Positions 26,967-37,614 are shown, counted from the stretch's first letter. The stretch: 63,759 nucleotides of DNA from an uncultured Candidatus Saccharibacteria bacterium (GCA_964355005.1 CAYHBX010000001.1:1-63759); one strand, 5' to 3'. Program-made: numbers and translations. The notes: a model not told the origin generated them from the sequence alone.

Positions 26967-28118
26967 TTATTTCGATTGTTCGGCTTCTAATTTTTTCAAC
27001 GCAGCGTCTTGCGCGGCGTAGTTGTCATAGGCATTTTTCGCTTTTGTCTCTGCTTCTTGATATTGTTTGTAGTTGTCTGTCACGGCGGCGCGTAATCGAT
27101 AAGCCTCATCAGAATAAGGGTCATATTTGCATTTCCAACTTGCTTCGCAGCGCGCCACAGCTCCCTCATATGCCAGCTTCAATATTTCAAGATCGGCCAA
27201 TGCCCGATTGTATTGCGAAAGAGCGTAGGCAACAGTTTTTCTTTGGGCGTCGATTTTTTCTTCAAGGGAGACTTTTTCTCCCTTGGCATTTTTAGCCTCA
27301 ATTGCCTTATTGGCCGCCTCAGCCTCATCTCGAGTCTTGGTATGTTCTTGGTTGGCCGCCCGCCAATTTTCATTGGCTTTTGCCCATGCTTCAGCGGTTT
27401 CTGCAAAATCAAATTCCGTCGGCGTTACATTGGTGAGCGTTGGTAGTGTCAGTTTGGTGAAGCTTTCCCCGCCAATCGTGTAGAGGATCAGCGTTGCCCC
27501 CATCAGCATTACTAGTCCGTAAATCGCGTGCAACAGCAGATCCCGCGCCTCGGAGATAGCGGATTGATTGCCGGCAGAGGTGGCCCATTTCAAACCGGCG
27601 AAGACAATAATTCCCATAGCGATCAATCCGCCGGCGGCGATCGCGACATTATAAATAGCAACAATGTAAGCCAGTGGATTGGCTTCGTTTCCCGGCGCGA
27701 ATCCCGGGATTGGGACGATTAGTTTGTATTGTGGAAGAATTTGGGGCTTGGTCTCTCCGGCGGCGGTTTTAGTGGTAGCCGTCCTTAGATCTCGGGCTTG
27801 TTGCATCAACGTATCCGATTGCCTTCTTAATTCGGCAGCTTGAGCTAAAAGTGTTTGTGTTCCGGTTGGATTGACGGCTTGAATTGACGCCGCCTGTGCT
27901 TCGAGGACGGTAGCATCTTGTCTGAGGGTGGCCGCCTGCTCTTCTAGCGCCGCCGCCTGACTATCGGTTGCATCTTTGTTTTCTTGTTGCCTTCCCGAAA
28001 GAGCCTGATCCTCTTCCTCTTCTGGGGGCGGAGAAAGCGCAAGTGTATTGTTCGGCAAAACAGCCAAAAAAGTTATAGCCGTTAGCGTTATGAATATTAA
28101 TGAGAGGATCCCTTTCAT
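26967..28118 (-). CDS. T4SS pilin-like protein (VirB2/TrbC analogue) with long coiled-coil extensions
   Basis: Signal peptide, then a hydrophobic helix pair AIAAGGLIAMGIIVFAGLKWATSAGN...GLVMLMGATLILY. Confidence 0.55.
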   Translation of the reverse strand: MKGILSLIFITLTAITFLAVLPNNTLALSPPPEEEEDQALSGRQQENKDATDSQAAALEEQAATLRQDATVLEAQAASIQAVNPTGTQTLLAQAAELRRQSDTLMQQARDLRTATTKTAAGETKPQILPQYKLIVPIPGFAPGNEANPLAYIVAIYNVAIAAGGLIAMGIIVFAGLKWATSAGNQSAISEARDLLLHAIYGLVMLMGATLILYTIGGESFTKLTLPTLTNVTPTEFDFAETAEAWAKANENWRAANQEHTKTRDEAEAANKAIEAKNAKGEKVSLEEKIDAQRKTVAYALSQYNRALADLEILKLAYEGAVARCEASWKCKYDPYSDEAYRLRAAVTDNYKQYQEAETKAKNAYDNYAAQDAALKKLEAEQSK

Positions 28119-28810
28119 TATTTTTTGAAAATCATGGTTTTACCCGCCGTTTCGATCCTCTTATTAATGTTGGTCACAGAAGCGTTGATTGAAATATCCT
28201 GCCCGGCGGAGATGCCGGCGGTGTCCAATTCCAAAGAATCCGGGTTTTCTACCAATCCCGTTGCCGGGCGGCCGTTAGCGCTCCAGATAAATTGTAGCTG
28301 GGAAAGATTTCGGACATTAAAAAAATACGGAAGCGCTCTGAAAATATCCGGTCCGCCCGTAATTACTACTTCCGGCCGGACTACTGGAATAGTTATCAGT
28401 TTTTCCAGATTCACACCGTTATAATCCACGATCGTTATTTCTACTTCCTGGTCGCCCTGGAAGCCATCGGCTACGAAGGAGATATTTTTTAAGCCGAAGC
28501 CGGATTTTAATTCGTCGCCATTGATCAGCCAGCGGATTTCTTTAGCGGCTAAATTGGCGATTTTTCCGTTATCAATTAATTCCAACGCCATATCAATACG
28601 AGAGCCGTCGATCGGCAGAATTTTTCCTTGATATGCCGGTGGGGCGTAATTATTGGATTGCCAAGTTACCATCAGTTCGGGCGCTTGTTGCGCGGAGCTT
28701 GAGGCGGGGTTTAGGGTATAGCCAATAGCCAATAGGGAAAAAACAAAAACTACAACTAAAATTTGAAAAGCCTTTTTGGCATAATTCGTCATTCTTAATT
28801 CGTTATTCAT
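28118..28810 (-). CDS. membrane-anchored hypothetical protein
   Basis: ATGA overlap with the upstream ORF. The N-terminal residues are encoded by GAAT words. Confidence 0.5.
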   Translation of the reverse strand: MNNELRMTNYAKKAFQILVVVFVFSLLAIGYTLNPASSSAQQAPELMVTWQSNNYAPPAYQGKILPIDGSRIDMALELIDNGKIANLAAKEIRWLINGDELKSGFGLKNISFVADGFQGDQEVEITIVDYNGVNLEKLITIPVVRPEVVITGGPDIFRALPYFFNVRNLSQLQFIWSANGRPATGLVENPDSLELDTAGISAGQDISINASVTNINKRIETAGKTMIFKK

Positions 28811-29154
28811 TGTTTTGGCGCGGGTGCCGGAATTGATCCTTTAGGTTTCTTGATTTTCTGGACTACTTGCAGCTTTTCCGCCTGTTCCGGGTGTCTGTCC
28901 AGATAGATCGTGATTATTGCTCCGAAAGTATAGGCGGGTAAAACGCTCAATCCCGGTATTATCTCTATTATACTACTTATCAACGCGCGCTGACTCTGTA
29001 CCCCTTTTGTTTTCAAATATAACCATTGGGATGGCGCCATAATAACCCAAACAATCAAATTGACTGCCGGGAAGATGCTTAAAACATCAGCGATAATACA
29101 TACGGTAACCCAAATGAAAGCTTCCGGCGTTGATATTTTCGGCTCATTTTGCAT
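28807..29154 (-). CDS. small polytopic membrane protein
   Basis: Three hydrophobic helices, operon context. Confidence 0.5.
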   Translation of the reverse strand: MQNEPKISTPEAFIWVTVCIIADVLSIFPAVNLIVWVIMAPSQWLYLKTKGVQSQRALISSIIEIIPGLSVLPAYTFGAIITIYLDRHPEQAEKLQVVQKIKKPKGSIPAPAPKQ

Positions 29155-29223
29155 TTTAGTTTTTGTTCCCCCCGTCCTTTTAGCAGCACCCTAAACCCTG
29201 CACCCTATACCCTAATGGCTATC

Positions 29224-31596
29224 TTACTGTTCCAAAATCTGCTCCGGTTTAGTCGTAATAACCTGGTCTTCCGTATAGGAGGCAACCGTTTGAATCGCCA
29301 CGTGATTAGGTCCGGCAAAGAATAATCCCTGGCCGACACTGGCTTCCAGCAGCAAAGTTTTTTCCGTGTCCGTTAGGTTGAAAGTTTTGGAAACCAAGTC
29401 GATCATCGCCGGGGATTGTTTCAAAAGTAATTGTAGCGAGGAATTAGTAACGATCGGGCGGCCGTAAGGAGAGTTTACGAAGTCTTCTACATCTTGGGTG
29501 ATGGTGGTGATGCCAAGGAAATATTTGCGGGCGCGCTTGACCAAGCCGAACAAGAAAGAAGCGCCATCTTTGTATTTCATCATCCACCACGCCTCATCAA
29601 TGATCATTACGCGGCGCTTCAGTTCAGAGCGGATAAGATTCCAGATGAAATTCAAAATAATATAAATAGCGATCGGGCGCAGTTCGTCTTCTAGGTCGCG
29701 GATGGAAAAAACGATCATCCGGTTGCGGATATCAATATTGGTCGGATTGTTGGTAAAGCCGGCGTAACTTCCCTTGGTGAAGCGGTATAATCGTTCGGCA
29801 AGTTTCCGGCCGCCGGCCATATTTTCCAGAACAGTCTGCAGATTTTCCAGCATTGGCGGCGTAGCTTTGGAAAAATCTTTTCCGGCGACAATATCAAAAG
29901 CGGCATAAGTTTCGGAGATTGCCTGGTCAAGCAAAGATTCTTCTTCGGTGTTCATCTCCCCGAGCATTAACTTCAATAATCCCGCCAAGTTCACTATGTG
30001 AGATTTCAAAACATCAGCCGGATTCTCCCCCTGCGGGATGATCGGCACGTCAAACGGGTTGATGTGGTTGTCGGAAGCAAGCGAAATTTTAAAGAAACTG
30101 CCGCCGACAGTTTTTGCCAGCTGTTCGTATTCATTTTCCGGATCAATGATCAAAACGTCGGTTCCGGTCATCAATAAACGGAGGGCTTCCAATTTAGTGG
30201 CGTAGGATTTACCGGCGCCGGACTTGGCGAAAACCACCATATTGGCGTTTTCAAGGGAAAAGCGATCAAAAATTATCAGAGTATTATTACCGCGATTAAC
30301 TCCGTAGAGGATTCCTTCGTCGGAAGTGAGGGTCGCTGAAACGAACGGGAAAAAGGACGATATCGGGCCTGAATTTAAAGGAGAGTGAATAAGAAGCTTG
30401 TCGGTTCCCAGCGGGAAAGTAGAGGTAAGTCCGTCAACTTGCTGGAAGATGGTCGGTTTGGCGTAGATCAGCTTACTTTCCAGTTGATAATTAATGGACG
30501 ACTCCAGTTTGTTTAGGTTTTCCAGCGAATCGGCGTACAAAGTCATATACACGCCTACATTAAATAGATGCTCCTGTCCTTGTTGGAGCGAGTCCCGGAG
30601 GGCCTCTATGTCCTGGAATGCGGTTTCCAGCATTGGATTACGCACCATTCCCTTTTCCTCCTGCTCTTGCAGTTCGGCTTGGATCTGGGCAGTTTTTTTA
30701 CGGAGATTTTTTAGCGCCAGCGCTGTGTCCACCGGATGGATAAAAATGGAAATATCCAGAAGGTCGGGGAGATTAATGATCGGCGCGAACCAGCCCGTGG
30801 CCAAAAATCTGGGATAAGTGAAGATAAAAACGCTTTTGACGAATTTCTCCCCCAGCTTGATGTAGGAAGTGTTCACCTCCATAGCGGCAGGAGCGATTAC
30901 ATCGGCGATCGTTTTTCCTTCTGCCGCGGTCTTGGCGATCTCCAGTGTTTTTTTCTCAAAAGCGGAAGGATTATAAAGATTATAAAAAAGTTCTATCAAG
31001 ACTTCATGGTCTAGCATCGCCGCTTGCAATCCGATGGAAGTAAGGCCCCGGACCACCCGGTCGGTACGTTGATTTAGTTGCTGGAGATTGTGCTGGAATG
31101 ATTTTTCTTTTTCTTCGGCAAACTCCGGAGAGACTTTCGCGCCGGACTTTCTGAACGGACTCATTATTTTTTCCATGATTCCCCCACCTCCGGAGAAAGA
31201 GATCGGAGCCGGATCGTAGGAAATAATAACAAAGAAGGATTTGTTCATTATCGGGTTCTGGGAGACGAAAGTTTGGATGAATTCCCGATAACCCGCCAGC
31301 TGAACCTTCAATAATTCATTAGTTTCCGCTTTTTCTCTTTCGGCGACCTGCTCAAGATAGCTTTCAATATTTAAACGGCGGGAGTGGACGAATAACTGGA
31401 CTGAAAAATCCAAACTGTTCAGAAAATTTTGGTAAGCATAGGTGATAAGGCCCTGCTCCTCTTCGGATTTCAGGTCAAAATTGACGCCCGAAACCATTAG
31501 GATCTTGCGCAGTCCGCCGTTCTTCAAAATAAGCGTATTTTCCCGTACGCCTTCTATTTCTATGAATTGTTGAGTCGGTTGAGATTCCCTTGCCAT
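29224..31596 (-). CDS. VirB4/TrbE-family type IV secretion ATPase
   Basis: FAKSGAGKSY Walker A, VMIIDEAWW Walker B, 790 aa. Confidence 0.9.
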   Translation of the reverse strand: MARESQPTQQFIEIEGVRENTLILKNGGLRKILMVSGVNFDLKSEEEQGLITYAYQNFLNSLDFSVQLFVHSRRLNIESYLEQVAEREKAETNELLKVQLAGYREFIQTFVSQNPIMNKSFFVIISYDPAPISFSGGGGIMEKIMSPFRKSGAKVSPEFAEEKEKSFQHNLQQLNQRTDRVVRGLTSIGLQAAMLDHEVLIELFYNLYNPSAFEKKTLEIAKTAAEGKTIADVIAPAAMEVNTSYIKLGEKFVKSVFIFTYPRFLATGWFAPIINLPDLLDISIFIHPVDTALALKNLRKKTAQIQAELQEQEEKGMVRNPMLETAFQDIEALRDSLQQGQEHLFNVGVYMTLYADSLENLNKLESSINYQLESKLIYAKPTIFQQVDGLTSTFPLGTDKLLIHSPLNSGPISSFFPFVSATLTSDEGILYGVNRGNNTLIIFDRFSLENANMVVFAKSGAGKSYATKLEALRLLMTGTDVLIIDPENEYEQLAKTVGGSFFKISLASDNHINPFDVPIIPQGENPADVLKSHIVNLAGLLKLMLGEMNTEEESLLDQAISETYAAFDIVAGKDFSKATPPMLENLQTVLENMAGGRKLAERLYRFTKGSYAGFTNNPTNIDIRNRMIVFSIRDLEDELRPIAIYIILNFIWNLIRSELKRRVMIIDEAWWMMKYKDGASFLFGLVKRARKYFLGITTITQDVEDFVNSPYGRPIVTNSSLQLLLKQSPAMIDLVSKTFNLTDTEKTLLLEASVGQGLFFAGPNHVAIQTVASYTEDQVITTKPEQILEQ

Positions 31597-31627
31597 TGGT
31601 GTTTAGACGTCACTACATGATTATACC

Positions 31628-32182
31628 CTATTTATTATTGTCCCTTTTTTTCCCGAGAATACTGCGCAAGATCTGGACCCCACTTTTTGACTCCTGTCCT
31701 TCCCTTACCGGGTGTACGATCGGGGCTTGGGCTTGAGGCGCTCCTCCGGTCATTATCGGAGTTTGGGTTTTGGCGGGCGATTGCGGCGCGACTCCGGTCG
31801 GTCTTTGTGTAACTAGGTTCAGCCACAAGTTTTTCATTTTGGAGCCCGTCGCGGCCGGCATTTGGGGGATTTTTGGCATAACCGGCATCTGCGCCTTAGC
31901 GTCGGGTCTTTGCCACAAGTACAACTTCGGCTTCCATATATATAGAGCGGCGTTGATGACGAAGACTTCAAACGGCCGTCCGTTGTATTTCAAGAATGCT
32001 AACGCGGCGGCGAAGACTCCCAAAAAAACCGTTATCACCAGCCAAATCTCAATACGCAAAGTGAAAAACAGGAAGAAACTTAACAGTCCCGCGATCCCGA
32101 GATACATAAATTGTTTAAGCGTCAGTGGGCCGACGATCTTTGACTCCGTCTCAATAAATTGTGGGACTTGAAATTGTGCCAT
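31628..32182 (-). CDS. PrgI-family small membrane protein
   Basis: QVPQFIETESKIVGPLTLKQF start followed by two TM helices, directly upstream of VirB4. Confidence 0.6.
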   Translation of the reverse strand: MAQFQVPQFIETESKIVGPLTLKQFMYLGIAGLLSFFLFFTLRIEIWLVITVFLGVFAAALAFLKYNGRPFEVFVINAALYIWKPKLYLWQRPDAKAQMPVMPKIPQMPAATGSKMKNLWLNLVTQRPTGVAPQSPAKTQTPIMTGGAPQAQAPIVHPVREGQESKSGVQILRSILGKKRDNNK

Positions 32183-32270
32183 GTTTGTCTAAAACCGCTC
32201 ATGAATGGGCGGGTTTAGCCACAAACATGAGCATCCCGCCAAAGCTTAGTGACGGCGGGGCGCCATACAT

Positions 32271-32858
32271 TTATTTTAACCTATTCAGCCAGGAATCGCT
32301 TTTATTCTCATCCTTTATCACATTTATAGGAATTTTGGTTTCTAGGGGTTGGGGATTTGGCGTTGGAGTTGTTGAGGGCGAGGCCGTCGGGGAGGTCGGC
32401 GGCGTTGGCTTGGATGGGCTTTGGAATACCTGAGTCGGTGGCGCTATCGGACGGGGCGGGACTTGGAATGCAGGGGTAGTGGGCGGAGGAGTCGCGGGCA
32501 TAGTTTGACCGGGTTGAATAAAGTCTATTGCGTTGATATCCACCCCGAGCTCTTTGCGTAGCGCTACCTCAATAGGTCGGAGTATTTTTTCTTTAATTTC
32601 CCTCGCGACAGAAAGAGCTTGATTGGACGGTACCTGCAGTCTCTCCTCTAATTTTTTAGCTAATTCTTGGGGCGGCATTCGCTTTGTTACTATGTCAACT
32701 ACAAAATCCGGTATTGCCCCCATTTTAAAGGCATTATTGTAAACGCCAAGGCGTTTATTAAGATCTATTATCAAGTAGGTTAACGGAACGGAGACCAGCC
32801 AGTCGTTTATCGATTGAGGGAGAGAATCAATATCAATATTTTGTGATTTATCTATCAT
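32271..32858 (-). CDS. hypothetical protein with Pro/Thr-rich tail
   Basis: ORF in the operon; no family recognised. Confidence 0.5.
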   Translation of the reverse strand: MIDKSQNIDIDSLPQSINDWLVSVPLTYLIIDLNKRLGVYNNAFKMGAIPDFVVDIVTKRMPPQELAKKLEERLQVPSNQALSVAREIKEKILRPIEVALRKELGVDINAIDFIQPGQTMPATPPPTTPAFQVPPRPIAPPTQVFQSPSKPTPPTSPTASPSTTPTPNPQPLETKIPINVIKDENKSDSWLNRLK

Positions 32859-34963
32859 TAGATCGGTTTTTCCTCCGGACCTTTTCTACTTACATCCGTG
32901 GTTTTCAATTCTCCTTTCCCCGGCTGCGGTGCCGGGTTTTGTTGTCCAGGCCGGGATTTCGGTTGCTTAGTCGGTTTAGCCGCGGGTGCGAAGGCCTCCG
33001 CCAAAGTAATCAGGCGAGGATGTTTTTGTCCCTCTGCGATTAGCCCTGCTACCTCAAATTTTTTCTGCATTTTTGGGTTTCGGATCCGGTCGCGCATCTT
33101 TGGGTTGTTGAGCATGAATTTAACATCATCCGACAAGTCTTTTTCAAGATCTGCAATTGGGCCGTTGGCTAATTGCTCTTTTAATCTCTTTTCCGCGTTC
33201 AAAATTAGCGTGTCCACTACTTCGGGGCGGTTCTTGAGAACCCAATCTCTGCCATCATCAGACAGTCCGCCCCACACTTTTTCGTCTTTGAAGGAATTGG
33301 CATCAATGTTTTTGAGTTTATCTTTGTTTAACCCAGCCAGCATTTCGGTGAATTTCTCTTCCGGCATGTCAAACTTTTCTCCCAAATCGGGCCGCTTGGC
33401 GATAAATTCTTTTTCTAACCCGCCGCCTTTAACGGCCTGTAGGATCTTTTCTCTGGTGTCGCCGCGGACGTCATCTAACTTGCCGGATTCTAGCAGGGCT
33501 TTTCCGAACGCCTGCAAATCATCCTTGGATTTGGCCAGGTTGGCATTGGCAACTAAAGATCCGCCCGGATAATCTTTTTTGATCTGTTCCACGCGATCAT
33601 TGATCGCTTTGTTTTGCTCCGCTTTGTACCGCTCTTTTTGGGTTTCAGCAGCCGTGCTTAAACGCTCTGAAACCCCGCCCATACCGGGAATTTTACCCGT
33701 AATCCAAGAACCTGCGCCATACATCCAGCTAGGCGCCCCACCTTTTCGCGGGCCCTCTTCCCCGGGCTTCCCGGTCTTGTCCGCTTGTCTACCTCGGATT
33801 TTCTGTCCAAGATAGGCAACTCCGGTAGCTTGTTTGACTTTTCCTTGCGTCCAGTCTTTTATTGTAGTCGCGGTTTTAACTATTCCCTCCGCCCCCGCGA
33901 TGCCCATTTTTTGAGCGACTATCAATCCTCCGAACAAAATGCCGATCTGTACGATTCCCTGGCCGATGGCGATCATCCCGTTAATGCCGAAAGTAGTGAA
34001 GTCCCCGGCTTTTTGAGCGGTGATCATAGTTTCTGACGCTACTTTGATAGCCCCACCCACCTCACTGGATGTCAGGAGCGCTATATAAACAAAAAACATC
34101 AAAACCGGCAGGAAAAGATTCCATTTCAGGAAATTATGCCACCACTCGTCCCAATTTTTCTTCAGTCCGGGGAAGATCCAACAGAGCCACACGATGGGCA
34201 TGGTGATTAAAAGCATTGACAAGGCGATGTAGCGGATAACCATCATTCCGGCGACCGCGAAGAAAGTGATTACAATGGCGGAATTATAAATTATTGATAT
34301 GGCGATTGAGGCCAAAGTTTTTACATAAGTGATCGCTAGAGCCGCTCCTTCAGACCCCGCTGGCGCCGTGGTCAAGTTGAGTTTTTGAGCGTTCAAAGAG
34401 TTGGCAATGTTAGCGGTGAAAACCTCGGCGTTCCCTCCCTTGCCGCCGATGATGGCGTCAATAAAGAAATTGGCGAAAATGTGAGAGCTATCCATAACCA
34501 GTCCCGCGATGGTGAAACTGAAATTTACTAAAAAAGCGGCAATCACCAGATTTTTTATGAGTTTTTTAAATTCGTATCCTTGCAGACGGAATATCGTAGC
34601 GAAAGCGATGAAAATAACCGCCAACACGAAGCCGATGTTCGTTATTTGCAGAACTATTTTAAATCCGGTTGTTACTAGTAAACTTCCGATGATCGTAGTA
34701 CTTAGTCCGATCATGATCTGAATAAAATAGGCGGCAAAGGCGACCAGTTGGGCGGTTAGGAAGGCGATCGCGTAGCCAAAAGCTTCAGAGAACCAAATCA
34801 AGCCGTCGCTTAACCAAGAGAATCCTCCTCCTACGGCATCGGCGGCGAAGTCAAGAAAGTCGGCTTCGGCATGCGCTGGAGATGGAGCGATGGCTAGAAA
34901 CAAAACCAACGCCAAAGTTACGGCGGTCAAAGGGAAAATATATTTTTTAATAAATTTAATCAT
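32858..34963 (-). CDS. VirB6/TrbL-like polytopic membrane protein
   Basis: Signal peptide, at least 8 hydrophobic helices, then a soluble charged C-terminal half. Confidence 0.55.
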   Translation of the reverse strand: MIKFIKKYIFPLTAVTLALVLFLAIAPSPAHAEADFLDFAADAVGGGFSWLSDGLIWFSEAFGYAIAFLTAQLVAFAAYFIQIMIGLSTTIIGSLLVTTGFKIVLQITNIGFVLAVIFIAFATIFRLQGYEFKKLIKNLVIAAFLVNFSFTIAGLVMDSSHIFANFFIDAIIGGKGGNAEVFTANIANSLNAQKLNLTTAPAGSEGAALAITYVKTLASIAISIIYNSAIVITFFAVAGMMVIRYIALSMLLITMPIVWLCWIFPGLKKNWDEWWHNFLKWNLFLPVLMFFVYIALLTSSEVGGAIKVASETMITAQKAGDFTTFGINGMIAIGQGIVQIGILFGGLIVAQKMGIAGAEGIVKTATTIKDWTQGKVKQATGVAYLGQKIRGRQADKTGKPGEEGPRKGGAPSWMYGAGSWITGKIPGMGGVSERLSTAAETQKERYKAEQNKAINDRVEQIKKDYPGGSLVANANLAKSKDDLQAFGKALLESGKLDDVRGDTREKILQAVKGGGLEKEFIAKRPDLGEKFDMPEEKFTEMLAGLNKDKLKNIDANSFKDEKVWGGLSDDGRDWVLKNRPEVVDTLILNAEKRLKEQLANGPIADLEKDLSDDVKFMLNNPKMRDRIRNPKMQKKFEVAGLIAEGQKHPRLITLAEAFAPAAKPTKQPKSRPGQQNPAPQPGKGELKTTDVSRKGPEEKPI

Positions 34964-35969
34964 CGCTTGCTTCGGCTAGGCCCTCTTCAATAACGCGGTT
35001 CAATAACGCATCAACAATCGCCGCTACGTAATCCCCCAGCTGTTCGGCGTTGAGCAGGAAATCAATATCGGAGCCGAGAGCTTTACTGGTGAGATCGCCC
35101 AGTGTTTTTCCCGGGGTTACTAACTTACACTTCTCCTTGCCTTGCGCGTCTTTGGTGCATTTTTTGGAAGATAAAAACCCGCCTCCGGAAACTGCTTCAT
35201 TTAGTTTTGCCAGAGCCGCCGCTTCGGTTTTATGGCCGAGTTCTTTTTGGGCGGTGATCAATGATCCGAGAAAATTATTCTGCACTTTCCAGGATTCTCC
35301 GTATGCCACCCAGCCGCCGGTCCGGAAGTCGTCAGTGAAATTATCTATGTTATCCACGATGTCATCCAAAGTGCAATCGGCTTCCGTGGCGAATTTTTTT
35401 TCAAAAGTGCTGAATCCGATCTGCAGCTGCAAGCTGAACGGATCACATAAGAATCCGGCGCCTAGAGATTTAACGAATTCCCCGGCCGCGCGCTGGCCGG
35501 CATCCTCCAGGAATCCTTGCCAATCGGTAACGAATTGCGGTTTGCCCCCGCCCTGGATGTAGGTGATGATCTGGTCCACTACCACGTCCAAAATGGCTTT
35601 CTGAAGCACGGTGCGGACGAATTCTTCCGCCCATTCCCAGAAGGTTTGATCTTTTGCAGCAGCCGCTTCCGCGGCGGCTCTTGCCGCTTGTTTGGCGGTC
35701 AACGCGTCTTTCGCGGGAACTGTTTGTGCTTGTTCAGCCGCGGCTTCTCCCTCTGCCGTTTTCTCCTCGCCCTCCGATTTGGCATCCGAGACCTCTTCTT
35801 TGGTCAGCGCATCCGCCAACGCGTTAGATAAAGCCGAAGCAGCCGCCTTCAAAATTGCTTCAATGAGGGCGTCATATTTTTCGCTGGCCTGTACCTTTTT
35901 CGGCGCGTTTCCGAGCGGCGAAAAGATCAGTACGAAGACGACAAAAGTTATAAATAGCCTTTTCAGCAT
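34956..35969 (-). CDS. secreted hypothetical protein
   Basis: Signal peptide, Ala/Glu-rich linker, Cys-containing globular part. Confidence 0.5.
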   Translation of the reverse strand: MLKRLFITFVVFVLIFSPLGNAPKKVQASEKYDALIEAILKAAASALSNALADALTKEEVSDAKSEGEEKTAEGEAAAEQAQTVPAKDALTAKQAARAAAEAAAAKDQTFWEWAEEFVRTVLQKAILDVVVDQIITYIQGGGKPQFVTDWQGFLEDAGQRAAGEFVKSLGAGFLCDPFSLQLQIGFSTFEKKFATEADCTLDDIVDNIDNFTDDFRTGGWVAYGESWKVQNNFLGSLITAQKELGHKTEAAALAKLNEAVSGGGFLSSKKCTKDAQGKEKCKLVTPGKTLGDLTSKALGSDIDFLLNAEQLGDYVAAIVDALLNRVIEEGLAEASDD

Positions 35970-36752
35970 TTAGAGATTATATTTTTTGGCGAATTGGATG
36001 ATTCTTTCATTGAGATTGGTTAGGTCATTATAGGTTTGTCCAATAAGCCTCATAGAAACCAAAGCGGCGAGCGGATCTTTTTCAATATTGGCGATGTTGG
36101 TAAATATTTTCTTTTGCCGCATAAAAAGAGTCAGTTTTTCTTTATGCAGATCTAATAAGCTGGATGGAATGTTTAGCGTGTAGTATTCCTTGATGGTTTT
36201 GTCGTAGGCGTCCGCCAGTTTTTTGAATTCTTCAATGTCGGGATCACTGAAATCCGGACTGATGCCGGCGAAATTTTTGGCGGAGATCGCTTTGGTGTTT
36301 TGCAGATACCCATCAATAAATGCCGGGTCATTGTTTGGGACGATTTTCAGGGAACTGATATCAATTTCGGGGGTTATTAAGGCGAAGCTGGATTGCGATA
36401 GCCGCTCTTTAATTATTTGTTCGGCGATTTTTTGAGGATTCGGGGCGGTGATCAGACTTCCTTCGTCAAAAATCTCCGGCCCCTCCGGATTTTGAGCGAA
36501 AATTTCTTCGGCTATTCCCGTACCAATGTCCTGAACCGCGGCGTTAATGGCTGGGGCGGGTAGGTTCGGCAACGATTCTATCGCGGGGGAATTGGCGTTT
36601 GTCGTGTTTGAAATTAAATTGGCTGGTTCGCCGGCTTGCCGTGAGCTGGCCGAATCGGAGACGATCATTTTTTCCGGAGATTTTTGAACGAAAATCATCA
36701 CCGCCATCACGGTTGATCCGGCCAAGAGCAAAAGAGGAATAATCTTTCTCAT
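35970..36752 (-). CDS. membrane-anchored hypothetical protein (first gene of the T4SS-like operon)
   Basis: N-terminal TM helix; its stop abuts the next start codon. Confidence 0.5.
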   Translation of the reverse strand: MRKIIPLLLLAGSTVMAVMIFVQKSPEKMIVSDSASSRQAGEPANLISNTTNANSPAIESLPNLPAPAINAAVQDIGTGIAEEIFAQNPEGPEIFDEGSLITAPNPQKIAEQIIKERLSQSSFALITPEIDISSLKIVPNNDPAFIDGYLQNTKAISAKNFAGISPDFSDPDIEEFKKLADAYDKTIKEYYTLNIPSSLLDLHKEKLTLFMRQKKIFTNIANIEKDPLAALVSMRLIGQTYNDLTNLNERIIQFAKKYNL

Positions 36753-36816
36753 TAGTAAGCGAAGTGCCCGCCCTGTATGGCGTACTTTATTATTATAGCA
36801 ATCGCAGAATCAGAAA

Positions 36817-37614
36817 TTACGGGAAAATTGGGCTTCCTGTGGATAGCTTTATGAGTTGGTCTAAGCTGAAGTTTTGCGGGCGGGCGTTTTCCGGTAATCC
36901 AGCGGATTTTACAAGGTCCACGGCTTCTTTTTTGCTGATTTTTAATCCGACAGACAGATTATTTGCCGCCGTTTTCCGAGGTTGCTTGAATAGCGCTTTA
37001 ACTACTTTGAAGTATTCGGTTTTTTTCTCCCTAAACCCCAAACCCTGTACCCTACCCCCTAATTTTATGACTGCCGAATTTACTTTCGGAGGTGGATCGA
37101 AGTCTTTTGGTTTTAGGCGTAAAATAAGCTCCGGGGTAGCCCAAAATTGAGTTATTGCGGCCAGTAAGTTCATTTTCGGCGGTTTGGCGCAGATTCGGTC
37201 AGCTACTTCCTCCTGGACCATAAGTACCGATAAAGCGGGCTTGTTTTCCAGCTCACTGATGATCCGCAACAAATGACCGGTGATGTAATAAGGAATGTTG
37301 CCCACAAGCTTCCAGTTATTGAGTTTATGAGTTAATGAGTTTAGAAGTTTTAACGCATCACCAGTTGCGATTTCTAACTCATCAACTGTAGCGCTAGCGT
37401 AACTTTTTAACTGGTTTGCTAAATGCGGGTCTTTCTCGATCGCGATAACCTTCGCTCCGATTTTTTCCGCGGCTTCAAGCAAGGGAAAAGTCAGCGCCCC
37501 TTCGCCGGGGCCGATCTCAATAATTGTGTCGCCTGGTGCTAATTCCAAAGCCGCGATGATTTTCGGAATCGCTGATTTATTTTTTAGAAAATGCTGACCA
37601 AGTTTTTCTCCCAT
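36817..37614 (-). CDS. rsmA: 16S rRNA (adenine1518/1519-N6)-dimethyltransferase
   Basis: KLGQHFL and IIEIGPGEGALT motifs. Start moved to MGEKLGQ. Confidence 0.85.
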   Translation of the reverse strand: MGEKLGQHFLKNKSAIPKIIAALELAPGDTIIEIGPGEGALTFPLLEAAEKIGAKVIAIEKDPHLANQLKSYASATVDELEIATGDALKLLNSLTHKLNNWKLVGNIPYYITGHLLRIISELENKPALSVLMVQEEVADRICAKPPKMNLLAAITQFWATPELILRLKPKDFDPPPKVNSAVIKLGGRVQGLGFREKKTEYFKVVKALFKQPRKTAANNLSVGLKISKKEAVDLVKSAGLPENARPQNFSLDQLIKLSTGSPIFP

